Positions 25,108-38,612 of a stretch of 64,000 nt of DNA are shown here, one piece after another. Made by a program: the position numbers and the translations under genes. The notes beneath the pieces were generated by a model, which made no database searches, was not told where the DNA came from, and saw nothing but the letters and a program-made list of their open reading frames with translations. Origin of the DNA: Octopus vulgaris (taxonomy: Eukaryota); assembly GCA_951406725.2 (NCBI GenBank), contig OX597817.1, positions 124,372,001-124,436,000 of the forward strand, in the 5' to 3' direction. Positions within the stretch are counted from its first letter, which is position 1. The number at the start of each line of letters is the position of its first letter.

Positions 25108-25273
25108 CAGAGTGCATCAGTTTTCAGAGCTCTAACTTTCTTGTTACTTATTTTTTTTATCTTCATTTCCAGATATATAATGTCAGACAGAGATCAGGTT
25201 GATTCCGCAAGTGAAAAGGTATGCCGTAATCATTGTCTTAAATTTGCAGCATAGTGATATAGAGATAGCTCGC
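25108..25273 (+). mobile_element. Tc1/mariner-superfamily transposase N-terminal fragment
   Basis: IRLIPQVKRYAVIIVLNLQHSDIEIAR resembles a transposase N-terminal HTH start; cut off by a degraded family A SINE. Confidence 0.45.
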
Positions 25274-25861
25274 TCAACTCCTAGATCTATAAAGAGGTGC
25301 TTGCCCAAGGTTACTTTGAAATCAAACTTGGAATCACATGTTTTCAAAGCATGCTTTTTACCCACAGGGCTATTTATAAATTACATGTTCAAACGTAATA
25401 CAGATCCCTTTCCCCATTTTCTAAAAAGCATTATTGATGGTATGTACTTTTAGGAGACTTAGACAGAAATATAGGGAAATTTTGAAATATAAACATTGAT
25501 ATGATGGTGTAAGATGTTATCGTTGAACTACCAATGTCATTATGCGCTTGAAACTGGTCAATTGCATTTTAAAGTAATTCAAATTTCTTGGTCTTTGTTG
25601 TTATTAGTTCCAATTCAGTCTAGATCATGCAGATCTATAATCAAGTATATTTCAGCCATGAATATCCCTCACTTTTTTTCCAACCGTAATTGTATATAGA
25701 ACCACTTAACTTAATTCAGTGTCTTTGAGACAAGAGATTGAACCTGATAATTCAATGAATTCATTTATGAAGATTATGAGGTATGATGTTGGGAAGACTT
25801 AACTGCTAATTCTTTCATGTTTAGTGATCACAGAGTCTCCTGCATTGGCTTGTCAAATGTC

Positions 25862-26081
25862 TTAAGCCTTTAGCATTCAGATAAGTTTCTCACATGTAAT
25901 ACTTATGCATTCATATTGTTTTAAATTCATCATATATTAGCTTCAAGATTTCGATGATGTGATTATATATAATTAGAATGACATAGCAAGGTAGGCATGA
26001 GAGGTTAGATCTGGTTGGTTTGAACATAAAACAGGTAAAATATTTGGCTGGGATATGACCAATTGGTATGTTAAAGTGGTA
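25862..26081 (+). mobile_element. piggyBac-type MITE
   Basis: ttaagcctttagcattc start; colinear with 2834-3062. Confidence 0.75.
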
Positions 26082-28250
26082 ATTGTTGTCGTTCATTTTC
26101 TAGTCGGCTCTGATTGAACAGACATATGGCCAAATTATTCCAGACATAGCCATTTTGTCTTGATTTTGGTTTTAAGATGGTAGGGTGACATTTGAGAAAC
26201 AATTGGCTGTTATATCTAGCCAGTCAAGTAACAATGCAGCAGCCATTCTTTGGTTTGCCAAATCTTTCTATATTCCAGTGTTAAATAAATATAAGGAAAA
26301 TAGTGAATAAATTAATACTTAATCCATCTCAGCAGTTTTCATTCATCATATTCTCTACCTACTATTATCATTTTCAATGTATTTCTCTGATTCAAACAAT
26401 GAATTGCTTCGAGCAAATATTTTAGCTGCCACTTCAATATTCTTCCTTCTGACTGACTCCTTAATACAAGATTTATTTCCAACATCATGGAACCATAGCT
26501 AAGGATGCCTGTAAGCAAGAAGAATTGGATGTGTTTCATGAGATAGAGAATTTTTTAAATAATTCTATAAACTGCATAACAATATGATAGATAGACAATT
26601 AAATATTTTAATTCTTGTGTGATAGGACAGTTTCTTATCTAATCTATCCTGCTATAATTGTGCAGGTTACATTAAACACTATCTTTAATATTTTTTAAAT
26701 TTCAAATAAATGAGGGGAATGGATTTACCATGTAATATGCATTTATTATTAGAGTGGCTTATTTTTAAATACTATGATCTTTTAAATTTTGATTGATTAA
26801 TTCATTACCTAAATGAATTGAGCTTAATGGGAGACACACACTGAGTAGATATCAGAAGAAATGAATTGTTCATTAATTGCCATTTAAATCTTTGACAATA
26901 GTAAAAATATCGTAATGTATAACTTCACTTTTTACCTTTTAAAACAACCAGTACAATAACAAAGCCCATTGAATTTGTTTTCATCTTGCTATTGAAAGAA
27001 ACTTTGAACAAGCGATAACAAACTATAGTTTATGTGAAGTTCAAACAGTCTTTAACTACCATGGAAATAAAATATAAAGAAGATTAACTGATATAATATT
27101 TTCCAGAGAAAACAATGATGTCAAAATTTGGGGAAATTCATTAAACGATGACATATGACTTCAGTAAAGATTAATTCAAACAGAGCCATAGAAAATACAA
27201 AGACCAATTGCTTAGAAGCGATTTTGTTAAACAAAAACCAAATTAAACACTATAGTTTTTTTTACCAAGCTTGAGACAATACAATATGAATAGCAGTGAA
27301 AATATTTCAATATTCTTTGATTTTTATCTAAAACAGGCAATTAATACATTTTTTTTTATCTTGACTAAGTTGTGTTTTTATTTGAAAAATACTTTCCACA
27401 TCTCCAAAGAAAATTTGAATAGGTTTGTTTTACAACACTTAGATCAAAGTTTCATAATTTTTACAATGGCTTGACATCTCTTGTACATGACTGTCAAACC
27501 TCTCTGTTTCCAATAATACCAGTTAGAATTCGTTGGAATTAAAAGTTACCTTTTTACCCAGTCTGTATTCTTATGATGTATGTCGTCTAATTTTATTCAC
27601 TTGATAAATTTTATTCATAACAAATGAATTGTATCATATCATATCACTTGAATTCAATTACATAGAAGAATGTGAATCCAGTCTTCTCTTTGAAAAGATA
27701 GCACCGTAGCTATCAATATTATAGCAGGATATTCAAATTCACAACAGAAAGGATTTTCTAATCCAAAATCAGCATTTTAAAATATATATAAAAAAAAGTA
27801 GAACCATTATTTTCCTGGATTTCATTAAAGTAAAATTGCAAAAAATATTCCAACTTCCATACTAAATATCAATCAAATTACAAATCATTAACAGTGCATT
27901 TGTTTAAACAAATATCCATCAATAGAAGATTTTGGGATAACCTTGGCATCAGTTTTTGACACAAGGCCAGCAATCTCCGGGAAGGTAGTAAGTCAGTTAC
28001 ATCAACCTAAGTGCTCAACTGCTATATATTTTATCAACCCTGAAAGGATCAAAGATCGAATGAAATGCACGATGCATTACAATTTCAATAACAGGTTAAA
28101 TGGAACTGGGGATTTTTTCACACCTGAAGTGTTTCATCTAAAGATATTACATAAGTTAGGATTTAAAAACAAACCTATATAATTGGCAAGAAACAGCACT
28201 AACAATAGTGGCTATGTTACTAATGATTGTATATGTGTGAGTGTTTGTAT

Positions 28251-28655
28251 ACTCTTTAAATCTTTTATTCTTTTACTTGTTTCAGTCATTTTGACTGTGG
28301 CCATGCTGGGGCACCACCTTAAATGTTTTTTAGTTGAAGCAATCGACCCCAGGACTTATTCTTTGTAAGCCTAGTACATCGGTCTCTTTTGCCAAACTAA
28401 TTTACGGGGATGCAAACACACCAGCATCGATTGTCAGGCGATGGTAGTGGGGGACAAACACAGACACAAAGGCACACATAAATATACATAGATACATATA
28501 TATACAAATATACAATGGGCTTCTTTCAGTTTCCGTCTGCCAAATCCACTCACAAGGCTTTGGTTGGCCCGAAGGTATACTAGAAGCCATGCAGTGAGAC
28601 TGAACCCATAACTATGTGATTGGGAAGCAAGCTTCTTACCACACAGCCACACCTG
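28251..28655 (-). mobile_element. SINE family A
   Basis: Colinear with 20081-20486 with small deletions. Confidence 0.9.
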
Positions 28656-28687
28656 ATGTTTACATACATATATATATATATATCAAT

Positions 28688-28960
28688 CATCATCATCATC
28701 ATCATCGTTTAACGTCCGTTTTCCATGCTAGCATGGGTTGGATGGTTTGACCGGGATCTGGGAAGCCAGGCTCCAGTCTGATCTGGCATTGTTTCTACAG
28801 CTGGATGCCCTTCCAAACACCAACCACTCCATGAGTGTAGTGGGTGCTTTTTACGTGCCACAGGCACAGGGGCCAGAGGAGGCTGGCAAACGGCCATGAT
28901 CAGTTGGTGCTTTTTACGTGTCACCGACAAGGACGCCAGTCAGGCAGCACTGGCATCAGC
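28688..28960 (-). mobile_element. SINE/retroposon family C
   Basis: catcatcgtttaacgtccgttttccatgctagcatggg tail and modules. Confidence 0.88.
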
Positions 28961-31232
28961 CATATATATACACTTTCTTATATCTCTCCCCACCACTACA
29001 CACTCAATAACACTATAAAAATGGTCAAATTTTCCCCAAGAACTTAGCTCAATTTGAAAACTCCACTAGAATGGATGAAAGCACTAATATATGATATATG
29101 ATATATGATGTATAAAAATATGTAATATACAAATAAATATCTGTAAATATAAAACCATCCGAATTTCTGAGTACCTCATTTCTTCTAATATAAAATACCT
29201 GTACATCATCTCCAAACCTTCTAATATATATATGTATATATATGTACACACAGAGATACACACATGCACACACAATGCATATACAAATTTACTTGTGTAT
29301 ATATGTATGTGTGTAGTGTATGTATGTACACACAGGAACATACACACACTTACACAAAATAATGAAGGCAGCTATATGTAATATAAAACCAAAAAGGAAA
29401 ATTTCAATTGTTACTATATATAAACCTTGGCTGATTCACCAGAAACAATGAATTTCAGGACCCAATACAAATATAGTGTATTTGTTAACACATTATAACT
29501 GAAAGACTCTGATTTGCAGTAAAGTTGTTCATTTTCAATCATCAATATGTAAACTGAGCTTAGTTTTCTTTTGAATATCGTCTGTCTGAATATGTTTTGA
29601 AATATGAAATAAAAGTTTGAAGAATATACTTATCCTTATTTTCTTTTATTTAAGTACCTTTATGAATGACATGTGTGAAAATGGATGGTTCAAGTTTGAG
29701 TATTTGATTCTAAAGAATATAAACTCCATGCAATCAAAGTCCTGAAATTATGTTGCCCTTTAAGCAATTTTCCAAAATAATTATTTTTGAGTAATAATTT
29801 TAATTAATGTTTTCAAAAACAATGAGTGAGTCTGTAGGAGCTCATTTTATATGTGCCTGTGTGTGTTGTGTTGTGTGTGTGTGTGTGTGTGTGTGTGTAA
29901 TCATTTAGCAGCTGAATTCCATGCTGGCATGGATTGAACAGTTTGACAGTTTACAACAGTTTAAAGGACTGTATTAAGTTTCCGTGTCTGAATCAACATG
30001 GCTTTTGTAGCTGGGTGCCCTTCCAAATAACATCCACATTACAATGTTCTGTGTGTTCTTTCATGTCACTGGCCCTAGTAAGGTTGCCTAGCAGTAACTC
30101 GCAAGACAAGTACTCTTGATTGAGAAGAGTGTAGTATTATGGGAAGTAGTTTATGCCAAATGTTCAGAAGCAAGAGTAGGATTAAAGACTAGGAATAGTT
30201 ATCTTGCTGTTGAGGAGATACAGGACTACCCCCACCTGGTTAAAAAAAAGTAGAAGTGGGTGGTATTTAGGTGTCAGAATGTACCCTCAAGGTACAAGAT
30301 GGTGAACAGGATGGGGAAATTAGAGAAACAGATGATGTGTATGGGAGCAGAAGAACAGGCAAGTCTGCGACAGTTGGAGGTGAGAGATTGGGAATATAGA
30401 AATTTAGGTGATGCCTTGAATGGTAAACAGGAAAAGAGGCAAAGTCAATGGTGAATATACTCTTGGGAGAAGGTGAAGGAAATAAACAGTGGGCCTGGAA
30501 GGAGGAGATGATAAGGAGAATTACAAAAAGGAAAGTGAAGTATAAAATTAAAATTGAAACCAAATTGATTTGTATTTGAGGCAGATTATTATTATTTCTG
30601 TATTTGTATTTGTTTCCACTGAGTCAATAAAAATCAACCTTTATTTACAAACTTCAGAAGTTAACACAAAAGCACAGAATCAATATTATGGAAAATAAGA
30701 GTAGAAATTAATCAGGTGCATTAACGAAAAATAGCAATTAATACATGGTGACAGTCATTTTCCTGGTATATTAAAGTATGAGAAATCAAAGAATTTGTGC
30801 ATTTTTACACCAACTATATTTTAAATTCATTATTACTAATGTCTGCTGCTCCCATTAATGATACTATTAGAATGACTAGCAACATGATCTTAGGAGGGAA
30901 ATGCTAGAATATTATGCATAAAGCTAAACCATTCTGAAATAATTGAATGGGTATAGGAATTGGTGGGTTAGACTTTAAAGCCTATACAAAAATGTTTGTA
31001 ACAGTCAGCTTTGTTATATTTGTTGAAACAAAACTAGCAATATTATTAAATATTTTGCTTCTTCTTAGAAATTTGTTGCTATAAACATGTGCATACAGCA
31101 CTTCCATTTGAAGCTTTGACTCTGTTAATGGTTTCATTCACTCAACTACAGCTAAATTCGAGGTATTACTTATAAGGGTTTTTGTTGATTATACCAACCC
31201 AAGTATTTCATCAGTAATTTATCATATTAGTA

Positions 31233-31620
31233 CTAGCAGTATCACCCGGCGTTGCTCGAGTTTGTTTCGACCCTTTAGAATTGGAATTTTTGAAAAGTAA
31301 AAATTTTGCATTATGTAGTTTGTTATTCTCTTTAAGTCAACATTTTTCTGGTTGAAATACACTGAAAAGAGGCGACACAGCAGTCAAAAAATCGTAAAAA
31401 ATAGGGATTTTCATAGAAAAAAAGCACCTTTTTGATGTAAATAATTTTTGGTCTTAACATGGTCCGATTTGAATTTTTTTCTTCTACGGAAGGAAAAGCA
31501 AGCCTTCTATCATACTCTCAATTTTGGTCAACTTGTGGCGCAGGGTCTCGGAGGAGATAGCATTAGTTGAAGGCTACCAAACCTGCCATACACAGAAAAC
31601 TTCAGCTTTATATATATAGA
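31233..31620 (-). mobile_element. Non-autonomous Helitron
   Basis: Minus strand begins TCTATATATATAAAG, ends CTCGAGCAACGCCGGG hairpin then CTAG, inserted between A and T with no duplication. Confidence 0.85.
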
Positions 31621-32699
31621 TTTTCATTATTCTACTCATAAAGCAAGAATGATTGACTTCAGCTTGAAGGAATCAATCACTACAATGTATTTGATTGTTG
31701 CAAAAATTTTGTTCTCTGTTATTGGTTCACACATATACATACATTTAACAGGTTTCCATGCAGTTTCATATCAACCAAATTTCACTCACAAGACTTTGAC
31801 TGACCCCAGGTCATAGTAGATGACATACTCACAGTGTTGTATCATAATTCTCACAGTGATATAACTTTGTGAAAAAATATTCCAATGATTACCATAGCGC
31901 TAATTTTAAATTACATATGGCAATCAAATAATTCCCAAATAATTAAAATAACAAAATATGCTTCACTTTTAGTGCACATGACACCTTATTAGGTCACTTC
32001 TCACATGAATTTTCTGCTTTTAATTCTTCTGTTTCAATAATTGTTTGGTTTTGTTGCCGTATGAATAAACACACAGTTGACTCCATAAAAATATTTTTTT
32101 TAAATTCTATTGTTGGTCACATATTCTGTGGAAATTCTTTAATTTCATGCAATACCTAATAATTCCTATGTCCAGCCTATCGTGATGAGCTCAATGTCTT
32201 CTGAAAAGTGTTTAGGAAATTCAAATACATCAATATTTGATTTTGTCTGTATAGTAGGGAAAAGGATTGATTACTGATAGTAGTAGTAGTAACGATAATG
32301 ATGGGGATGATGTTGGTGATGATGATGGCAGCAGTGGTTGTGGCGATGGGGGTGGTGGTGGTGATGCTGCTGCTGCTTGCCTTAGTGGCTGCAGCAGCAG
32401 CAGCAATGATGATGACGAGGAGGAGGAGGATGGGAATAACTGTATGAACCATCTATTTAGAGGAATTTCCTCACACTCAATATTTATTTGATGATGTTAC
32501 ATTAGATAAAGAAAAAGGGAAGAATTATTGCTATCAGAAATTCAATAATATATCAAAAGACATGATGTGCATCAGGTTCCAGAACTGAGGAAGAAAGTCC
32601 AGTCATTAAGAACTGTGATCATTCTTTCACATGTTAAATTTAACCAAACTATAGACACCTGTTGTTTTTGTCCTGTTATTATTATTATTGTTTTTTTGT

Positions 32700-32950
32700 A
32701 TTTATATTCGTGTGGCATCGTCCGTTTTTCTGTCCTTGTTTCGCATACATTCGATCCTTTTTCCAAGAAATTTAATGCTCGTAGCTTAGTTTTTCCTTGA
32801 GGCTGGCCGGATCGGAGCGATCTCAAGATTAATCAGCCGAAATTGCGAGGATGATCCGGTTCATGCCTGAAGATTAGAGGCTTCAAATGACCCGTCCGTT
32901 TTTTGTGTCGTCTATTTGAATGTTTTGCGTTCTTGTCCCATTTTGTATTT
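32700..32950. repeat. CpG-rich unclassified repeat with nested stems
   Basis: CpG density far above flanks; cgtccgttttt repeated at ~32719 and ~32893; several complementary segments. Confidence 0.5.
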
Positions 32951-32976
32951 TTATATATATTTTTTATACACATATA

Positions 32977-33009
<33 letters not shown>

Positions 33010-33341
33010 ATTTATCTATTTATTTATTTATTTGATAATAAAATGAAATAAACCACTTTGAAAAATTTTTAAGAAACAATTCCATGTGGCAAACGTGTTC
33101 ACCATATTTAACATGGTAATAATAGTAAGAAACTCTAGGGAGAGCTGAACAGTAGAAGGCATTCAGAGAAGCTCTACTCCAACATCATGCAAGTGTTTTG
33201 GCCCTTTGCTCTTGACACCCTAAGGAGGTTGGGCCACATCCAGATTATGACTTTTGGATACCTCTCTCCTGCAATATTCTGTGCTATTGTCTACATTGCA
33301 ACCTTCCTGTATGGTTAAGGTGCCCCAGATCTAAGAGAGCA

Positions 33342-33665
33342 TGCTGCAGGTAAGAAGCTTGCTCCCCAACCATATGGTTCCAGGTTTAGTCCTACTGTGG
33401 GACACCTTGAACAAGTGTCTTCTACTGTAGCTTCAGGCTGACCAAAACCTGTGAGTGGGTAAGGTAGATAGAAACTGAAAGAAGCTCATTGTATGTGTGT
33501 ATGTATGTGTGTGTGTGTATATCTGTGTGTGTGTGTATATCTGTGTGTGTGTGTGTGTGTCTGTGTGTCTTTGTATCTGTGTTTGTTTCCCACCACCACT
33601 TGACAACAACTGGTGCGTTTACATCACCATAACTTAGTGGTTCAGCAAATGAGACTGATAGAATT
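33342..33665 (+). mobile_element. SINE family A, 3'-truncated
   Basis: ggtaagaagcttgct head, caccttgaacaagtgtcttc core. Confidence 0.85.
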
Positions 33666-35949
33666 GAATTAATTAATATTAGCTTCTATTGAGCTAGATA
33701 ATATTAACTCATTCAGATATGATCCTATAAAATATTTGCAGGAAAATGTTTTACTGCTTAATGAATCACTGGATGAATAAATAAATAAAAAAAATTGGAG
33801 ATAATTATGAATTATGTACTTACCAAACTGTCTATATAATGCACAAAAATTGTTGCAGTGTAAAAGTTTTACAAGGAATTTAAAATGACACTTACAAGAT
33901 AAATATTGTTCCTATGTATTGTTCCCTTTATCTAATTTTATATGTGCATTTGTTATCCATCAACTCATTATGTATATCAAGACTGATTTCAGCTAACATC
34001 ACTCATTTTGACTGAGAATCTTTTTATCTGGTGAAATACAAAATTGTTCTTGAACAAATGGAAGGATATAAATATCTTCAGAGTCCAATAAATTGGCTCT
34101 AAAAGAAAGGAAAAATCTTTGTCTGTGAGAATTGTATATAAAGCCAAAATGTGTTCTTAAAATTGACTGAATTTTGTCTCTTGCTGTTCACACTCACTTT
34201 TATAGATAATAAGAATGGCTGCTCTTCAATTTCAACTTGGGAATCATAAATAACTTAAGCTCATTTATAGCTCTCAAGCTCTCTATATGTGGAAGAATAT
34301 GTGTACACTTGTGTGATCGTTATTAGAATTCAACCTTCCTTTAACTTGTGTGTGTGTGTGTGTATGTGTGTGTGCGTGCATGTGTGTGTATGTGTGTGTG
34401 AGTGTGTGCACATGAAAGTGCATCTGTAATATTTGTGTATGTTCGCAAATATATGACTGAATATCTATATCTATATATATATTTGATTATATAGCGCACA
34501 TAATATTGTAAGTATAAATTAATAATATGTATAGAAATTTATACATTGAGACCTACCTGTCTAATAATTTGCATCTTGTACAAGCATTAATGTCTGTGTG
34601 TACATAATGAGTAAGTGAGAGGAGGTGATGTTTAACCTCTATTACAAAGGTGTCTTTGAAGGAAGTTAGAAGACATATTGTTAAGAATTGATATATGTAT
34701 AAGAAAATGACGAATATGTTGAAGCAAAGAGAGAAATGATAATAGCAATTGTAGTGATGTGATAGGCAAAATAATTATGATAACCACGCAAATAATTATT
34801 ATTATGGTAACAATGAATATTTTGACTATATTATGAATAAGAGACACATTAATCATGTTGTGCTTCATGTGTTACTGCTTACTACTGGTGATTGAAGGGT
34901 AACATACTACACTTGTAGTTATATTACCAATGACAGTCTTCAAAACAGACAGACAGGATATTAGAAACCAGTTCCTCTAGTGATATAAGTTGTGACATTG
35001 CGTGATGATGATGATGATAGTGATACTGATGATGATGGTGCTGATGTTAGTCAGATTGGCCATTAATATTAATAGCTTACCTTTATGGACAGGAACTGAA
35101 GCTAATATTGAATTCTTTGAATTACTAATTACAGACAAATATTTAAGAAAGAAAACTGCCGCTAACTCAGTAATCACAATTAACAAAACTTTTTACAGGC
35201 ACAGAGTTGCACAGCAGTAGATTCTAGACACATTGAAAATCATTATAAGAACTTACACTTAAAATTTCTTTCAATTCATTATAACAGCAAGCTATATTAT
35301 GTTATTGATAGGTAATTACTTGATACCAGCTGTTAGCAATTAATGTTCTCACCTGGTATTTGGCACTTTCAATTTGTTCATAATATTAATTAGGAAAATC
35401 CTAAACATATAATCCCTATTTTTTCATAGAATTTGTGAATGAGAACAGCTTTGATTTTTAGGATATTTGATCAGTTATTTTGCATAATAAATTCTTTCAT
35501 GAAAGATAGAAAACAAATTCCAGTTTATTGAAATATAGACTATCTAGTAACAGAGGCAACTCGTTACTCTTCATCTATCATTGTTTCTGATTCTAATTGT
35601 TGAAGTCAGATCAGGTTTTCTCTTAAATTAATTTAGAAAAAAAAACTGATAGAGGCTAATTTGACAACAATCAAACATAATTTCTTCACCGTAATTTCTT
35701 TTGAACACATTCAATGAAAGTGTTTTGACCAAATCATTTTAAGTTTATTTACTTTCATATGTCGGTCTTTCAGTTAGAGAGGCAGCAGAGGGTGTGAAAC
35801 TGTGAGTAAAACGTATACAGTTTGACGTGAATAAAGTGAGAGGAAATAAAATCAAGGTAGGAGTGAAAGTCAGAATGTTTGTAAAACACAGAAGTAGGGG
35901 AGCTGGAGAGTGCAATAAAATGGTGATGCTTAACAAAATGGTAGAGATG

Positions 35950-36400
35950 TTAGTAATGGTTAACGGGAATTTTGAGGTTGAGTACAAGTAGCTCATGAAA
36001 GAAATGTAAGATATAAAGTAAGAGAGTGGTGGTGATAAAATCGTTATTGTAATGACCCTGTAGCTCTAGAGTAGGGCCAGTGAACTGAGTGAAACTATGC
36101 ACCTCCAGGTGACCAAAATATAGGATAGCATAGTTGGAATGAATCCTAGTACCTAAGGGCAATCCAGTAACCAGTGGGTAAAAATCTCTTAAAGCAGGGA
36201 ATCAGTTGGGAGGTAGTATAATTTTAGCAATATGTAAAATTGCTAGGCTTCAGCATTGGGCAATAGTGCATGAAGAATTTAAGGGCTTGAAGTGCATTCT
36301 TATAGGGAATAACAGTTGCAGATCCACTTTCCATATCACAGACTGCTACACATGCACCTCCAAAAATATCATCTTTAATAACAAATGCTAACTCAGTAGC
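35950..36400 (-). mobile_element. Penelope-like reverse transcriptase fossil
   Basis: LPLGTRIHSNYAILYFGHLE...GPTLELQGHYNND resembles AMGTRM.P.YANLF.G.LE...RYIDD; upstream TVIP...ALQALKFF. Confidence 0.65.
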
Positions 36401-36589
36401 TTATGTTATATTGGAGAAATAAATATTTGTATTAGTGAACTTAGTTGGAGGACTAATGGCATCTCAACAAATCACTTAAAACTTATATCCCACAACTTTT
36501 AATTTGACATGATGGCTGCTGCTCAGCCCTTTGTGGACTCTGTAACAGAAAATATAAAATTGTGGCTTGCAGGAAGGAACAGCAGATGT

Positions 36590-37010
36590 TCTGGTTGCAT
36601 TTGGATGCTGGAATTCATTCAACAACTGATAAACCAGTTCTGAGGATCGATTTAAATAGCTATATGAAACAACTCTCGACAATGGTTAAACCTTGGTTGG
36701 AGAGGTTTACTGCTGAAAGGTCATTTATGAGAGATAGCAGGATTTAGCTTCTTGTCATACCTCTGGAAAGAGTCTGAAGCAGTTGTCAGAGAATTTCTAC
36801 AACTTTACCAGCCCCAATTTCTGGCCTCCTAACTCTCCCAATTGTAATTCCATTGATTATACCAACTGCTCTGCCAGCAACCCCAAGGCTGAACTAATTG
36901 CCAGGATCAAGTTGGTGTTTGAAGATCTTCCCAGGGACATAGTGCAGAATGTAGTCATTAGATTCTAGAGTCCTCTTATCACTGTGGTAGAAGCTGAAGG
37001 TGGCCACCTT
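36590..37010 (+). mobile_element. Tc1/mariner (maT/DD37D-like) transposase C-terminal fossil
   Basis: VKPWLERF, QDLASCHTSGKS, NFWPPNSPNCNSIDY, VVEAEGGH. Confidence 0.85.
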
Positions 37011-37042
37011 TCATAAACTGTTCTCTAAACCATATTCTAGTT

Positions 37043-37101
37043 TATCATCATCATCATCGTCGTCCTATCACCACCACCACCAACACCACTACCACCGTCA
37101 A

Positions 37102-37136
<35 letters not shown>

Positions 37137-37141
37137 CCACC

Positions 37142-37191
<50 letters not shown>

Positions 37192-37197
37192 CATCAT
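37043..37197. repeat. (CAT/CAC)n microsatellite
   Basis: Direct reading; expanded tail of the adjacent family C element. Confidence 0.95.
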
Positions 37198-37748
37198 TTA
37201 ACGTCCTTTTTCCATGCTAGCATAAGTTGGACAGTTTAACAGGAGCAGGCTAGCTGAAGAACTGCCCAGGTTAAGTGTCCGTTTTGGCATGGTTTCTACA
37301 GCCCGATGCCCTTCCTAATGCCAGTCACTTTACAAAGAGTATTCAGTGCTTTTAAGCAACACCAGCATGGGTTAATTTATGTGGGACCAGTATGGGTGGT
37401 TTTTACATGGCACCATCATCCACAAGCCTGTAAGGTTAGGAATGCGCTCAGCTGAAGGGAGATGTATGCAATGACAACTCTTTTATTCGGCTCACTGCTC
37501 ACCGTGCTGGTGGCACGTAGAAAGCACCATCCGATCGTGGCCGTTTGCCAGCCTCGTCTGGCACCTGTGCCGGTGGCATGTAAATAGCACCCACTACACT
37601 CATGGAGTGGTTGGCGTTAGGAAGGGCATCCAGCTGTAGAAACACTGCCAGATCAGACTGGGCCTGACGCAGCCTTCTGGCTTCCCAGACCCCAGTTGAA
37701 CTGTCCAACCCATGCTAGCATGGAAAACGGACGTTAAACGATGACAAT
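37190..37748. mobile_element. Two family C elements in inverted orientation
   Basis: tttaacgtcc...ccatgctagcat at 37197-37223 and its reverse complement at ~37709-37739. Confidence 0.85.
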
Positions 37749-38247
37749 GACTGCCATGTAGCATAGCTGTTCATACACAGGCATCATACAACTTGCTTTT
37801 CATTCTGACTGAAAGGCCCTTTGTTACTAACATATACTTTTAATTTTGGATAGGATGTTGCATTTTCTTCTTATGCAAACTGTCAAATTTAATCTGAACG
37901 CCCCTGTATCTTCTCCACAGTAAGACATTTCTGTTTCTCTCTTGCCTAAAACCTCCTCCCCACACTCCCAAATATTCACCCACTTAATCATACACACGTA
38001 CACATACACACACATACCCACAGACACTGGTACACCCTGTACAACAAAACACACACAACATATACATACACACACACACACACGTACTTCAAACTACTAG
38101 TGAAACACCTTTCTACTGACCATTCTCCTACGCACATGTAACAGGACACACTACACAAATGACAGCCACTCCTACTATGAATTCTTCCTAAAGCAACACA
38201 CAGTTCACTCACACATACACAGCCAAAACCGCACACACACACACACA

Positions 38248-38286
<39 letters not shown>

Positions 38287-38419
38287 ACACATATGCACAC
38301 ACATGTGCTATTATTACACACACAAACAGACCTGTACGCACACACATAGCCACACATACACACACACCTTCTCTTACACTCTCCTGTCTTAGAAAGAACT
38401 TTTTCTTCACCCATTCCCT

Positions 38420-38610
38420 TCCAGTCATTTCAAAATGTAACCACATGTGAATCGTTAGCGATTTTCTTCCTCTGTCTTCTCTTCTTTTGGACTTTCCTTT
38501 ATTTCTGAAGAAGAGCTTTGGTCGAAATGTTAAATCCTCTTTCTTTCCTTTCCTGAGCGTCTGATAATACATTACTTTTACCACGTCCTTGTGTTCTTGT
38601 TTTTTCAAGT
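38420..38610 (+). mobile_element. Penelope-type pseudo-LTR with hammerhead-like core
   Basis: ATTT-CTGAAGA-AGAGCTTTGGTC-GAAA-TGTT-AAAT at 38501-38535; related copy on minus strand at ~41615-41770. Confidence 0.55.
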
Positions 38611-38612
38611 TT

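Noticed and set aside
9388-35125. Minus-strand splice-like exons near 35081, 26507, 16411 and 9430
   Set aside because: Plausible splice sites but no recognisable protein; expected by chance in AT-rich DNA without transcript evidence
37000-37239. Poly-His protein ORF (also 887-1099)
   Set aside because: Expanded (CAT)n tail of family C elements
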